Assembly (NCBI GenBank): GCA_039194325.1
Contig: JBCCWC010000002.1
Span: forward strand, 1 to 64,000
DNA: 64,000 bases
Direction: 5' to 3'
DNA from: Myxococcota bacterium
Lineage (GTDB): Bacteria; Myxococcota_A; Polyangia; Nannocystales; Nannocystaceae
Below are positions 49,031-61,153 of the stretch, piece after piece. How positions within the stretch are numbered: position 1 is the stretch's first letter; every line of letters starts with the position of its first letter. Position numbers and translations under genes: made by a program. Below the pieces are notes generated by a model that saw nothing but the letters and a program-made list of their open reading frames with translations, was not told where the DNA came from and searched no databases.

Positions 49031-49852
49031 GTGCAAACAGCGATGATCGCGGGCTTGCTCGGAGTGCTCATCACGTGGTCGCCCCACGCCTCGGCCTCCA
49101 CGCACACGGTGCTGGTCTGCCCCCCGGCCAAGTCAGAAGCGCACCGAGCGTTGCTCAAGTCGGCGGACGAACAGGTCGAAGCCGGTCGGGACGACCAGGC
49201 CGGGCGTACCTTCGTGGCCGCCTTCGATGCGATGGATCTGGCCGATCGAGCCGGAGGCACCGGCCGGTTCGCGGCGGATCGAGCGGTGACCTCGTTCATC
49301 CAGGCATGGAACATCGGCAAGAAGGTGACCATGCTCGAAGAAGCCGAGGCGTTCTTGCTGCGGTACATGGAGGTGCTCGAGAAGGGGCAGTCCGCGGGCT
49401 GCAACATCTCGGACCCATCCTGGGCCGAGGAGAAGCTGGCCGAGGTCCGCGCGCTGATGCCCGCGCCGGTCGAGGAGCCGCCCGATCCCGAACAGCCGCC
49501 GGTCGAAGGGCCCAAGCCCAAGCCCAAGGACTGCCCCGCTGCCCCCGCGATCATCGGAGTGGACCGGGTCGGCGTCGCGCTGGTCACCGTGGGCTCGGCG
49601 CTGTTCGTCAGCGGCACCGCGTTCCTCATCGCGGGCCTGGTGCAGGGTGACCTGTCGACGAACCCGGGCCAGGGCTTTGCGATCGCCGGAGGGTCGATCA
49701 TGGGTGGCGGGGTCGCCTTGGTCATTCCCGGCGCGGTTCGGCTCGCCACCTGGAGGCGGCAGCAAGGCAAAGCCCGCCTGGGGTTGGCGCCCTTCGCGGG
49801 GCGTGGTCTCGCGGGTGTGTCGCTCGGTGGGCGCTTTGGGGCAGGGCGATGA
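49031..49852 (+). CDS. Exported protein: signal peptide, TPR-like helices, Pro linker, two Gly-rich hydrophobic segments, C-terminal beta-hairpin
   Basis: ASA cleavage site; C-terminus RLGLAPFAGRGLAGVSLGGRF; ATGA overlap with the following pseudokinase. Confidence 0.65.
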   Translation: MQTAMIAGLLGVLITWSPHASASTHTVLVCPPAKSEAHRALLKSADEQVEAGRDDQAGRTFVAAFDAMDLADRAGGTGRFAADRAVTSFIQAWNIGKKVTMLEEAEAFLLRYMEVLEKGQSAGCNISDPSWAEEKLAEVRALMPAPVEEPPDPEQPPVEGPKPKPKDCPAAPAIIGVDRVGVALVTVGSALFVSGTAFLIAGLVQGDLSTNPGQGFAIAGGSIMGGGVALVIPGAVRLATWRRQQGKARLGLAPFAGRGLAGVSLGGRFGAGR

Positions 49853-52719
49853 CCGACGAACCCGCCTCGCTCAACCCTCGGGCGATCTCGCCGGAGCTCC
49901 CGGCCCCGGCCCAGCCGGCCCCGGCCTCGCCCGCCGTCGCGGCCGCGCCAGTCGCCGCCGGCCAGCCCGATCTCGTGGGCCAGAACCTCGATGGTCGCTA
50001 TCAGGTGCTGCGGCGCCTCGGCGAAGGGGAGCTCAGCGAGGTCTACGAGGCGAGACATACCAGCAGCGGGCGCCACTTTGCGATCAAGGTGCTCAACGCT
50101 GCGCTGGCCGCCAAGCCCAACACCCTCGACAGCTTCCTGCAGCAGGCGCGCGCGGCCGCTCAGATCCGCCACGACAATGTGGTCGCGATCGAGGAGTTCG
50201 GCTACACGCCGACCCAGTCGGTCTACGCGGCGCTCGAGCTGGTGGTGGGGGACACCCTCCAGACCATCCTCGAGCGCGACGGTCGTTGGTCGTGGGCCCA
50301 GGGGCGCTCCGTGGCGATACAGATCGCGGCTGCGCTTGGTGCCGCTCACCAGGTCGGGGTCATGCACCGGGCCCTCAAGCCCTCCAATTGCTTCGTGATC
50401 CTCGACCCCCGAGGCAAGCGGGATCCCTTCGTCAAGGTGGCCGACTTCGGTATGGCCCAGGTCGGGGTCGAGGCGTCTCAGGCCAACCCCGGGGCCACCG
50501 TCACCTCGATCTTCGGTGACCCGGAGTACATGGCACCCGAGCAGGGGCTGGGCGGGGAGATCAGCCTGCAAAGCGACATCTACTCGCTAGGGGTGTTGCT
50601 CTATCGCTTGTTGGCCGGGACGGTGCCCTTCTCCAACCCCAACGCCTTCCAGGTGATCTCTCAGCACGCCAACAAGCCCGTGCCACCCCCGCGACAGGTC
50701 GCGCCCGAGATCCCCGAGGCGGTCGAGCAGATCGTGATGCGGTGCTTGGGCAAGACCCCCGATCAGCGCTACGGCAGCGCGGCCGAGGTCCTGCAGGCGC
50801 TCGAGGCGGTGCCCCCCGGAGCCCAGCCCGGAGCCCAGCCCGGAGCCCAGCCCGGAGCCCAGCCTGGAGCCCAGCCTGGTCATCCGAACGCGGCGGTCGC
50901 CCCGGTCGGCAGCGGTCCCCGCTTCGCGCGAATGAATGCTGGAGGCACGTCGAGCGCCGGTCCGCAAGCCCCTCCGCCGCGGCAGCCCTCGGTGATCGTG
51001 GCTGGTGCGATCGGAGACGGTGGCGGAGGTCTCAGTGGGACGCTCGGAGATTCGGCTCCGGCATCACCCTCCCCGCTGGACTCGGCGCCGCCCTCGTCGG
51101 AGATGACCTCGTCGTTCCTCGCGTCGCGCCCCGGTCTGCGCATGGGGCTCGGGGCGGCGCTGCCCGGGGTCGGAGACGGGCCGCCCGCGGGAGCAGGAGA
51201 CGATCCTGCCCCGCCACCCACGGTCGCACCGGGCATGGCCGTGCCCACGCCGACCATGTTCCTGTCTCGCAAGGATCTGCCCGCGGGCTTGTCCGAGGCT
51301 GGCCCGGGGATGCCCGCGCAGGTCGGCGAGGTGCCCGGGGTCTCGCAGTCCGATCCCAGCCTCCCGCCGCCGATAGGTGGCGGGTACCAGCCCGCATCGC
51401 CTTCGAACCTGCCGGTGGGCGGTGGATACACGCCACCAGCGGGGCCACCGGCGGGGCCACCAGCGGGACCACCAGCGGGACCACCAGCGGGACCACCAGT
51501 GGGAATGGTTCCGGGGATGCCGGGAGGCGATGGTTACACGCCGCCGTCGGGAATGGGTCCGGGAATGCCCGCTGCGGGCGGGTACACGCCACCGTCGGGT
51601 CCGGGCCCAGGGATGCCCGCTGCGGGCGGATATACGCCGCCATCAGGTCCGGGCCCAGGAATGCCGGGGAGCGATGGGTACACGCCGCCATCAGGCCCCG
51701 GGCCCGGGATGCCGGGGGGCGATGGGTACACGCCGCCGTCGGGCCCCGGTCTAGGGATGCCGCCGAGCAACGGATACACGCCACCGTCGGGTATGGGTCC
51801 GGGTATGCCCTCGGCGGGCGGGTACACGCCGCCGTCAGGTCCGGGCCCCGGGATGCCCGGGGGCGATGGGTACACGCCGCCGTCGGGCCCCGGCCCGGGA
51901 ATGCCCGCGGCGGGCGGGTACACGCCGCCGTCAGGTCCGGGCCCCGGGATGCCGCCCGGAGGTCCCTCCAGTCCCAGCTTGTCCGGCTCGCCCGACGGGC
52001 TGCGGCGCGGCGTGGGTCCGGGCATGCCTCCCCGTGAGGGCATGGGAGAGATGCCGGGCGGTGGAGTGGGCCCGGGGATGCCGATGCGGCGCGGAGTGGG
52101 CCCAGGGATGCCCTCACGCATGGACTCGGGCTCCAATCCGGTGGTCCCCAGCTCCATGTCTCGCCCCGATGCCTCGCGGAGCATCGAAGGATCCTCGGGG
52201 CTCGGGGCCGTCGAGTACGACGACGACGACGAGCCCAAGCGTCGCCCGCTGCTCATCGCCGGGATCGGGCTGGCGGTGATCGCCGGCGGGGCTGGCCTGG
52301 GCTGGCTGATCGTCGGGGGCGACGACGGACCGGAGGGCGACCTGGCCAAGGTCCAGCGTACCGAGAAGAACCAAGAGGTCGACGACACGCCCGAGGCCGA
52401 GCCCGAACAGCCCGAGCCCGAGCAGCCCGAGCCCGAGCAGATCGAGGTCAAGCCCAAGCCCAAGCCCAAGCCCAAGGCCGAGCTCACCTTCGAGCAGTCG
52501 CTTGGCCAGCTCAAGGGGCGGATCCGCGGCAAGTGCAAGAAGCTCGGCCCGGGCCCCGTCACCGTGGATACCTTCGTGGCCAAGGACGGAGGCAAGGCGC
52601 TCAACCCCAAGGTCAAACCCAAGGGCCCGGTCGGGGACTGTGCCCTGCGGCTCGTAGAGCGATGGTCCTTCCCGGCCAGCGAGCAAGACCATCCGATCAA
52701 CACCAAGGTCAGCTGGTAG
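49849..52719 (+). CDS. Ser/Thr pseudokinase with a Pro/Gly-rich repeat region, TM and C-terminal TonB-C/AgmX-like domain
   Basis: Kinase fold with GEGELS, FAIK, QQARAAA, HRALKPSN, DFG and GDPEYMAPEQ; TM LLIAGIG...GWLIV; C-terminus KC...VTVDTFV..DG...DC.....WSFP. Confidence 0.8.
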   Translation: MTDEPASLNPRAISPELPAPAQPAPASPAVAAAPVAAGQPDLVGQNLDGRYQVLRRLGEGELSEVYEARHTSSGRHFAIKVLNAALAAKPNTLDSFLQQARAAAQIRHDNVVAIEEFGYTPTQSVYAALELVVGDTLQTILERDGRWSWAQGRSVAIQIAAALGAAHQVGVMHRALKPSNCFVILDPRGKRDPFVKVADFGMAQVGVEASQANPGATVTSIFGDPEYMAPEQGLGGEISLQSDIYSLGVLLYRLLAGTVPFSNPNAFQVISQHANKPVPPPRQVAPEIPEAVEQIVMRCLGKTPDQRYGSAAEVLQALEAVPPGAQPGAQPGAQPGAQPGAQPGHPNAAVAPVGSGPRFARMNAGGTSSAGPQAPPPRQPSVIVAGAIGDGGGGLSGTLGDSAPASPSPLDSAPPSSEMTSSFLASRPGLRMGLGAALPGVGDGPPAGAGDDPAPPPTVAPGMAVPTPTMFLSRKDLPAGLSEAGPGMPAQVGEVPGVSQSDPSLPPPIGGGYQPASPSNLPVGGGYTPPAGPPAGPPAGPPAGPPAGPPVGMVPGMPGGDGYTPPSGMGPGMPAAGGYTPPSGPGPGMPAAGGYTPPSGPGPGMPGSDGYTPPSGPGPGMPGGDGYTPPSGPGLGMPPSNGYTPPSGMGPGMPSAGGYTPPSGPGPGMPGGDGYTPPSGPGPGMPAAGGYTPPSGPGPGMPPGGPSSPSLSGSPDGLRRGVGPGMPPREGMGEMPGGGVGPGMPMRRGVGPGMPSRMDSGSNPVVPSSMSRPDASRSIEGSSGLGAVEYDDDDEPKRRPLLIAGIGLAVIAGGAGLGWLIVGGDDGPEGDLAKVQRTEKNQEVDDTPEAEPEQPEPEQPEPEQIEVKPKPKPKPKAELTFEQSLGQLKGRIRGKCKKLGPGPVTVDTFVAKDGGKALNPKVKPKGPVGDCALRLVERWSFPASEQDHPINTKVSW
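51523..51954 (+). repeat. 48-bp coding tandem repeat x9 (xxxGYTPPSG[PM]GPGMP)
   Basis: Nine consecutive 16-aa units with synonymous codon variation. The same gene has (GAQP)5 at 50818-50877 and (PPAG)n at about 51433-51497. Confidence 0.95.
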
Positions 52720-52767
52720 CGGCGGTCGTCGCGGGCCGCAGAGGCGGGCCCGCCATCGGCCTCGCTC

Positions 52768-53796
52768 CTAGGGAAGGGCGGCGCCCGAGGCCTTGGTCCA
52801 CAGGACCGCGCCCCAGTCTTCCAGCATGTCCGTGCCTTCGCACATCGGCAGTGGTGCGCCGTTGCACAGGACGTTCTCGTAGCCGACCTCGGGCCGTCGG
52901 GTCTCCATCAAGCACAGCGCGCCGCTGGCCGTCCACATCGCCTCGGTGTTTCCGGGGGGGCCATAGACGGGGTCGTTCTCGGGGAAGGTCTTGATGCCGA
53001 GCGCGTCCTGGTAGAGGAGCCGCGTGCCCGTCTGGGTGTAGGACACGCCGTGGCCGCAGTAGTCGGCGCGCACCATCCGGGTCGCCGCTTGGTGGACCTC
53101 CAGGCCGACGTCGTGCTGCGGGTAGCCCCACATGCCTGCCTTGCCGACCGAGCCCGAGATGCAGCCGATGTACAGCGTGTCGGCGACCTCGAAGTGGGTG
53201 CCGTCGTCGTCCACGTCGAGGTCGGTGTAGACGATGGCCGAGAACTCCTTGGTCTCCAGGTCTAGGTCGCACTTGAACGCCTCGACGTCCTCCGGGGTGG
53301 GCCCGTTGGTGAAGACGTAGCGATTTTGGGGGCTATCGGGGCCCTGGGGGATGAATTCCTCGATGACCATCACCCAGGGGACCCACGAGGCTCCTCCGCC
53401 CAGCGGCGGCTCGAAGGAGTTGGGGTCGATCTCTAGCCTCCAGATCGAGCCGATGAAATCTTGGTCCGAGTATTGGGCACCGAGCTCGTCTTGTCCGTAG
53501 AGGACACCGTCCTCCGCGTCGATCTCGGAGAGGGTGAGCATCTGCCCGCCGTCGCTTCGCACGTCGACTCCCAGAAGGCGCCAGCCGTCGTACTCCAACC
53601 CCAAGAGGTTCAGAGCGCTGGATTTCAGGCCGTTGTCGCCGTTGGTGTTGGCCCAGTCGGAATCGTCGCCGCCACCGGCTCCGCCGCTGGAGGTGCGATA
53701 CTCGAGTTCTTGTTGCGCTTGGTCTGGATCGAGGCCGGTGCAGGCGGGGACGAGGGTGGTGGTGAGCAGGAGGATCACGGGGCGAACGTGAAACAT
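52768..53796 (-). CDS. ADYC-domain lipoprotein
   Basis: Lipobox VPAC; GCISGSVGKAGMWGY, ATRMVRADYCGHGVSYTQTGT and EAMWTASGALCL motifs. Confidence 0.8.
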   Translation of the reverse strand: MFHVRPVILLLTTTLVPACTGLDPDQAQQELEYRTSSGGAGGGDDSDWANTNGDNGLKSSALNLLGLEYDGWRLLGVDVRSDGGQMLTLSEIDAEDGVLYGQDELGAQYSDQDFIGSIWRLEIDPNSFEPPLGGGASWVPWVMVIEEFIPQGPDSPQNRYVFTNGPTPEDVEAFKCDLDLETKEFSAIVYTDLDVDDDGTHFEVADTLYIGCISGSVGKAGMWGYPQHDVGLEVHQAATRMVRADYCGHGVSYTQTGTRLLYQDALGIKTFPENDPVYGPPGNTEAMWTASGALCLMETRRPEVGYENVLCNGAPLPMCEGTDMLEDWGAVLWTKASGAALP

Positions 53797-54028
53797 TGAT
53801 TCGAGCCTTTTATGTTTGAAGGTTTGACACGAGCACACGGTTCCCAGAGCGGGACGGAGTCGGATCGGACGACGACTGGGGCGAGCCGTCGTTCGCGCTA
53901 CCGGGCCGGGCACTCGCGATAGACCTCGCGCCGGGGCTTTCGATCACTGCCGAGCGCGAGAAAATGAAATCGAGCCCAAGAGGGCACCCAGGGCCGCCTG
54001 GGTGGTGAGGCCGTGCTACTGGTGAAGC

Positions 54029-57190
<3,162 letters not shown>

Positions 57191-57200
57191 GGCGCGGTGC

Positions 57201-57235
57201 GCAGGATCTGCGTTCGTGCAGAACGCAAATCCTGC
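57201..57235. promoter_or_regulatory. 15-bp inverted repeat upstream of the CBS/P-type ATPase/USP cluster (operator or terminator)
   Basis: GCAGGATCTGCGTTC-GTGCA-GAACGCAAATCCTGC with one mismatch; each arm contains GCA-N5-TGC. Confidence 0.55.
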
Positions 57236-57304
57236 ACCGTACGCCCGCCCGTAAGGACCGCATGCTGTGGCTGTGACCCGGTGCGGTCCCCCGGAGTCTT
57301 CGTC

Positions 57305-57709
57305 ATGACCCTTCATACGCGCAACATCTCCGAGATCATGAGTCCGCTGACCCACTCCATTGGTGACGAACAGCCGATGGCGGAGGCGACGCATCGCATG
57401 CACCAGTTCTCGATCCGTCACCTGCCGGTGCTCCGCGGGGGGCGTTTGGTCGGGATCGTCAGCGAGCGCGATCTGGCCCTGGTGGAGAGTCTCCCCGGTG
57501 TCGATCCCAACACCGTGACCGTGGGCGAGGCGATGACCGCCGAGCCCTTCGCTGTCCCCCCCGACGCGTCGCTCCAGGCCGTGCTGCGGGAGATGGCCGA
57601 GCACAAGTGGGGCACCGTAGTGGTGATCGACGGCGTGACGCCGATCGGCATCGTCACCACCACCGATGCCCTGCGGCTGTGTGTGGAGCTGCTCGGGCGC
57701 GAGGGCTAG
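57305..57709 (+). CDS. CBS-domain pair protein
   Basis: ISEIMS, IRHLPVL..GRLVGIVSERDL, VGEAMT and IGIVTTTDAL motifs. Confidence 0.9.
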   Translation: MTLHTRNISEIMSPLTHSIGDEQPMAEATHRMHQFSIRHLPVLRGGRLVGIVSERDLALVESLPGVDPNTVTVGEAMTAEPFAVPPDASLQAVLREMAEHKWGTVVVIDGVTPIGIVTTTDALRLCVELLGREG

Positions 57710-57715
57710 CGCCCC

Positions 57716-60181
57716 GTGGGCACCTCCGACCCGTCCCCGGCGGCGGGGCTGAGCGCGGCCGAAGCTGCCGCTCGCTTGGAGCGCGACGGTCCCAACGCCC
57801 TGCCTCAGCAACCCCCGCGCACCTGGGTTCGCACGCTGCTCGGGCAGTTGGTCAACCCGCTGGTCGCCGTCCTCGGCCTCAGCTGCGTCATTTCGGCCGT
57901 GCTCGGCCACGTCATCGACGCGGTCGCGATCGGGGTGATCGTCTCGATCAACGCGGTCGTGGGCACCGTGCAGGAGCATCGGGCCGAGCGGGCGGTGATC
58001 GCCCTACGCTCGCTCACCGCGCGCCGGGCCCGGGTCCTTCGCGGAGGTCATCGCGTGGTGATCCCCGCCGCCGAGGTGGTGGTGGGGGATCGGCTCGACC
58101 TCGAGGCCGGCGACGTGGTTGCCGCCGACGCTCGCTTGGTACAGAGCCACGCGCTGAGCACGGTCGAGGCCAACCTCACCGGCGAGAGCGTGCCGGTCGA
58201 CAAGGATCCTGCGCCGGTGCCCGAGGGAACGGCGCTGGCCGAGCGTAGCGACCACGTGTTCATGGGGACGTCCGTGGCCGCCGGGACCGGCTACGCCGAG
58301 GTTGTAGCCACCGGCGCTCGCACCCAGATGGGCCGGATCGCGGGGTTGCTCGCTCAGTCCGAGTCCTCCCCTTCCCCGCTCCAGCAGCGGCTGGCCCAGC
58401 TCGGGCGCCTGCTCGTCTATGCCTGCGTGGCGTTGGTGGGGTTGGTCGCGGGGGTGAGCCTGCTGCGCGGCCTCGGCGGCCTCGAGGTGATGATGAGCGC
58501 GGTCAGCCTGGCCGTGGCCGCCGTGCCCGAGGGCTTGCCCGCCGTGGTCACCGTCGCGCTGGCGGGGGGCGTGGGTCGGATGTCGGCTCGGGGGGTGCTC
58601 GTGCGTCGGCTCGCGTCGGTGGAGACCCTCGGGTGCGCCACGGTGATCTGCACCGACAAGACCGGCACGCTCACCACTGGGGTCATGGAGCTGCGCGAGG
58701 TCTTCGGTCCGGACCGTGCGGCCGCCCTGAGCGCCGCGGTCGCGTGCTGCGACGCCGAGTGGGATCACGTTGCCGGTCGTGGCGAGGGGGATCCGACCGA
58801 GCTGGCGATCTTGCGCGCGGCCGCAACCGAGGGGATCCACCGTAGCGACATCGAGGCGCGGTCTCCTCGGGTGCAGGTCCATCCCTTCGAGACGGCCCGA
58901 CGCCGCATGTCGATCTTGCGGGCCGACGGGGTGCTCTACCTCAAGGGCGCGCCCGAGGTCGTGGTGCCCCTGTGTCGGGACGTTGAGCCCGAGCTCTCAC
59001 GGGCGCAGCTGGCCATGGCGCGTCGGGGGCTGCGGGTGCTCGCCGTGGCCCGTGGTCTAGGCGCAGCCGAGCAGGATCTCGAGCTTCTCGGGCTGCTGGG
59101 GCTCGCCGATGCTCCCCGCCCGGAAGCGGCCGCCGCCGTTCGGGCCGCCCGTGCTGCGGGTGTTCGGGTCGTGATGATCACGGGCGACCACGCCGTCACC
59201 GCCGAGGCGATCGCTCGCGAGATGGGCCTGGTGGGCGAGGGGGACGATCCGGCTGAGCTTATCCACGCTCGCGCGACCGCCGAGGACAAGACCCGCATCG
59301 TCGAGCGCCTTCGCCAGCAGGGCGAGGTGGTCGCGATGACCGGGGATGGGGTCAACGACGCGCCCTCGATCCGCGAAGCCGACATCGGGGTCGCCATGGG
59401 GCGCACCGCGACCGAGCTGACTCGCGAGGTCTCCGAGATGGTCCTGACCCGCGACGATCTGGGCGGCATGGTCGACGCCATCGCCGAGGGGCGGCGGATC
59501 TACGACAACATCCGCCGCGCTGTCGTCTACCTGCTGGGCGGCAACGCGGCCGAGATCCTGGTGATGCTGGGCGCAGTCGCGCTCGGCTGGCCGCTGCCCC
59601 TGTTGCCGCTGCATCTTCTGTGGATCAACCTGGTGACCGAGCCGCTGCCCGGGCTGGCCCTGGCCACCGATCCGGTCACCGGCGACGTGCTGCGTCGACC
59701 CCCTCGTCCCCCCGGCGAGCCCCTGCTGGGTTGGTCGCAGGGGCGCCGGATCTTCTTGGCCGCCGTGCTCCAGTCGATCCTCACGCTCGCCGTGTTCGGC
59801 TGGGCGCTCTACGCTCATGGCCTGCTGGTGGCCCGCACGTTGGCCTTCACCACCTTGGTGTTTGCGATCTTGCTGCGGGCGCCCGCGGTGCGGCGGGCGG
59901 GACGACGCGGGGCGCGGCCCTATCCGCGGCTGTGGCTATTGGTGCTCGCCTCCGTGGCCCTGCAGGGGGTGTTGGTGGGCTGGCCGCTGCTGCGAGGCGT
60001 GTTCGGGCTGGTCGTCCTCGATGCGGCCCAGTGGCTCCTCGCGCTGGTGCTGGGGTTGTTGCCGGCCCTGGTCGAGGCCCTCGTGGCCCGCGGGGAGGGG
60101 CGGCCGCCGGCGAAAGATCTGCACGAGGCTCGCGTCGCCCCGGCAATGCCTGCCCGCGCGACCGGGCCCGCCAGTGATTAG
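57716..60181 (+). CDS. Cation-transporting P-type ATPase (P2A-like)
   Basis: GLS..EA, LTGES, VPEGLP, ICTDKTGTLT, KGAPE, MITGDH and MTGDGVNDAP motifs. Confidence 0.92.
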   Translation: MGTSDPSPAAGLSAAEAAARLERDGPNALPQQPPRTWVRTLLGQLVNPLVAVLGLSCVISAVLGHVIDAVAIGVIVSINAVVGTVQEHRAERAVIALRSLTARRARVLRGGHRVVIPAAEVVVGDRLDLEAGDVVAADARLVQSHALSTVEANLTGESVPVDKDPAPVPEGTALAERSDHVFMGTSVAAGTGYAEVVATGARTQMGRIAGLLAQSESSPSPLQQRLAQLGRLLVYACVALVGLVAGVSLLRGLGGLEVMMSAVSLAVAAVPEGLPAVVTVALAGGVGRMSARGVLVRRLASVETLGCATVICTDKTGTLTTGVMELREVFGPDRAAALSAAVACCDAEWDHVAGRGEGDPTELAILRAAATEGIHRSDIEARSPRVQVHPFETARRRMSILRADGVLYLKGAPEVVVPLCRDVEPELSRAQLAMARRGLRVLAVARGLGAAEQDLELLGLLGLADAPRPEAAAAVRAARAAGVRVVMITGDHAVTAEAIAREMGLVGEGDDPAELIHARATAEDKTRIVERLRQQGEVVAMTGDGVNDAPSIREADIGVAMGRTATELTREVSEMVLTRDDLGGMVDAIAEGRRIYDNIRRAVVYLLGGNAAEILVMLGAVALGWPLPLLPLHLLWINLVTEPLPGLALATDPVTGDVLRRPPRPPGEPLLGWSQGRRIFLAAVLQSILTLAVFGWALYAHGLLVARTLAFTTLVFAILLRAPAVRRAGRRGARPYPRLWLLVLASVALQGVLVGWPLLRGVFGLVVLDAAQWLLALVLGLLPALVEALVARGEGRPPAKDLHEARVAPAMPARATGPASD

Positions 60182-60223
60182 AACGGAGTCGGGGCCGAAG
60201 GCGCGGACCCAGAGAGGACGACG

Positions 60224-61123
60224 ATGATGGAGTGGTTGGTCGGCATGGACCTGAGTGATCGGGGGCAGGGGGCCCTGGACTATGCGCGATGGTTGAGCGA
60301 GGCGCTGGAGGTGGGGAGCGGTGATGATCGCTTCGTCGGGATCCACGTGCTCGAGCAAGCCGAGCTGCGCCAGTTGCTGCGCTACCATCACCTCGAGGAG
60401 ATCGAGTCTCGGGCCCGAGCGCTCGCCGACAAGCTCGTGAACCAGGCGGGTATGGGGGAGCGCTTGGCCGATCGCCGGGTGATCTGTGGCCGCTCGGCCG
60501 AGGTGGCGCTAGACGAGGTGGCGCGTCGGCCCGGCACGCGGGCGCTGGTGATCGGTCGCCAAGCCCGGCGGGGAGAGACGCGGCTCGTGCGGCTGGGGCG
60601 GGTGGCTCGCCGTCTGTTGCGGAGCCTACCGGCCCCCGTCGTCGTGGTGCCGCCCGATCTTCAGGGGGGCGAAATTGGCTCTGGCCCCGTCATGCTCGCG
60701 GCCAGCACCAACGCCGACGCGACCGGGGCGGCGGCCTTTGCTCGGAAGTTTGCCGCCGATCTTGGTCGGCCGCTCTCGGTGGTGCACGTGGTACCTGGCT
60801 ACGACTATCTGGCGGCGGAGATGATCCCCTCGGCGATGACCGGCGATTTCTATCGCGACCTGAAGGAGGACCACGAGCGCCGGCTGTTGGCATGGATGCA
60901 CGCCCACGACCTGACCGGAGTGCCCCACCAGATGGTGACCGGATCGGTGGTCGACGGTTTGGCGCAGCTGGCTCGCGCAGCTCAGGCTCCGCTGGTCGTC
61001 TGCGGATCTCGGGGGCTGGGCGCCGGCATGCGGCTGTTTAGCTCGAGCGTGGCCAGCGACTTGGCCGCGGCGTGCCAGGTCCCGGTGGCGGTGGTGCCCA
61101 ACGCTCCGCACGCCGCGTCGTGA
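60224..61123 (+). CDS. Tandem universal stress protein (USP)
   Basis: WLVGMDLS, LGRVARRLLRSLPAPVVVVP and LVVCGSRG...SSVA...VPVAVVP motifs. Confidence 0.88.
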   Translation: MMEWLVGMDLSDRGQGALDYARWLSEALEVGSGDDRFVGIHVLEQAELRQLLRYHHLEEIESRARALADKLVNQAGMGERLADRRVICGRSAEVALDEVARRPGTRALVIGRQARRGETRLVRLGRVARRLLRSLPAPVVVVPPDLQGGEIGSGPVMLAASTNADATGAAAFARKFAADLGRPLSVVHVVPGYDYLAAEMIPSAMTGDFYRDLKEDHERRLLAWMHAHDLTGVPHQMVTGSVVDGLAQLARAAQAPLVVCGSRGLGAGMRLFSSSVASDLAAACQVPVAVVPNAPHAAS

Positions 61124-61153
61124 GCTCGTGCTGGCTCGCAGCCGGTCGTCCGC

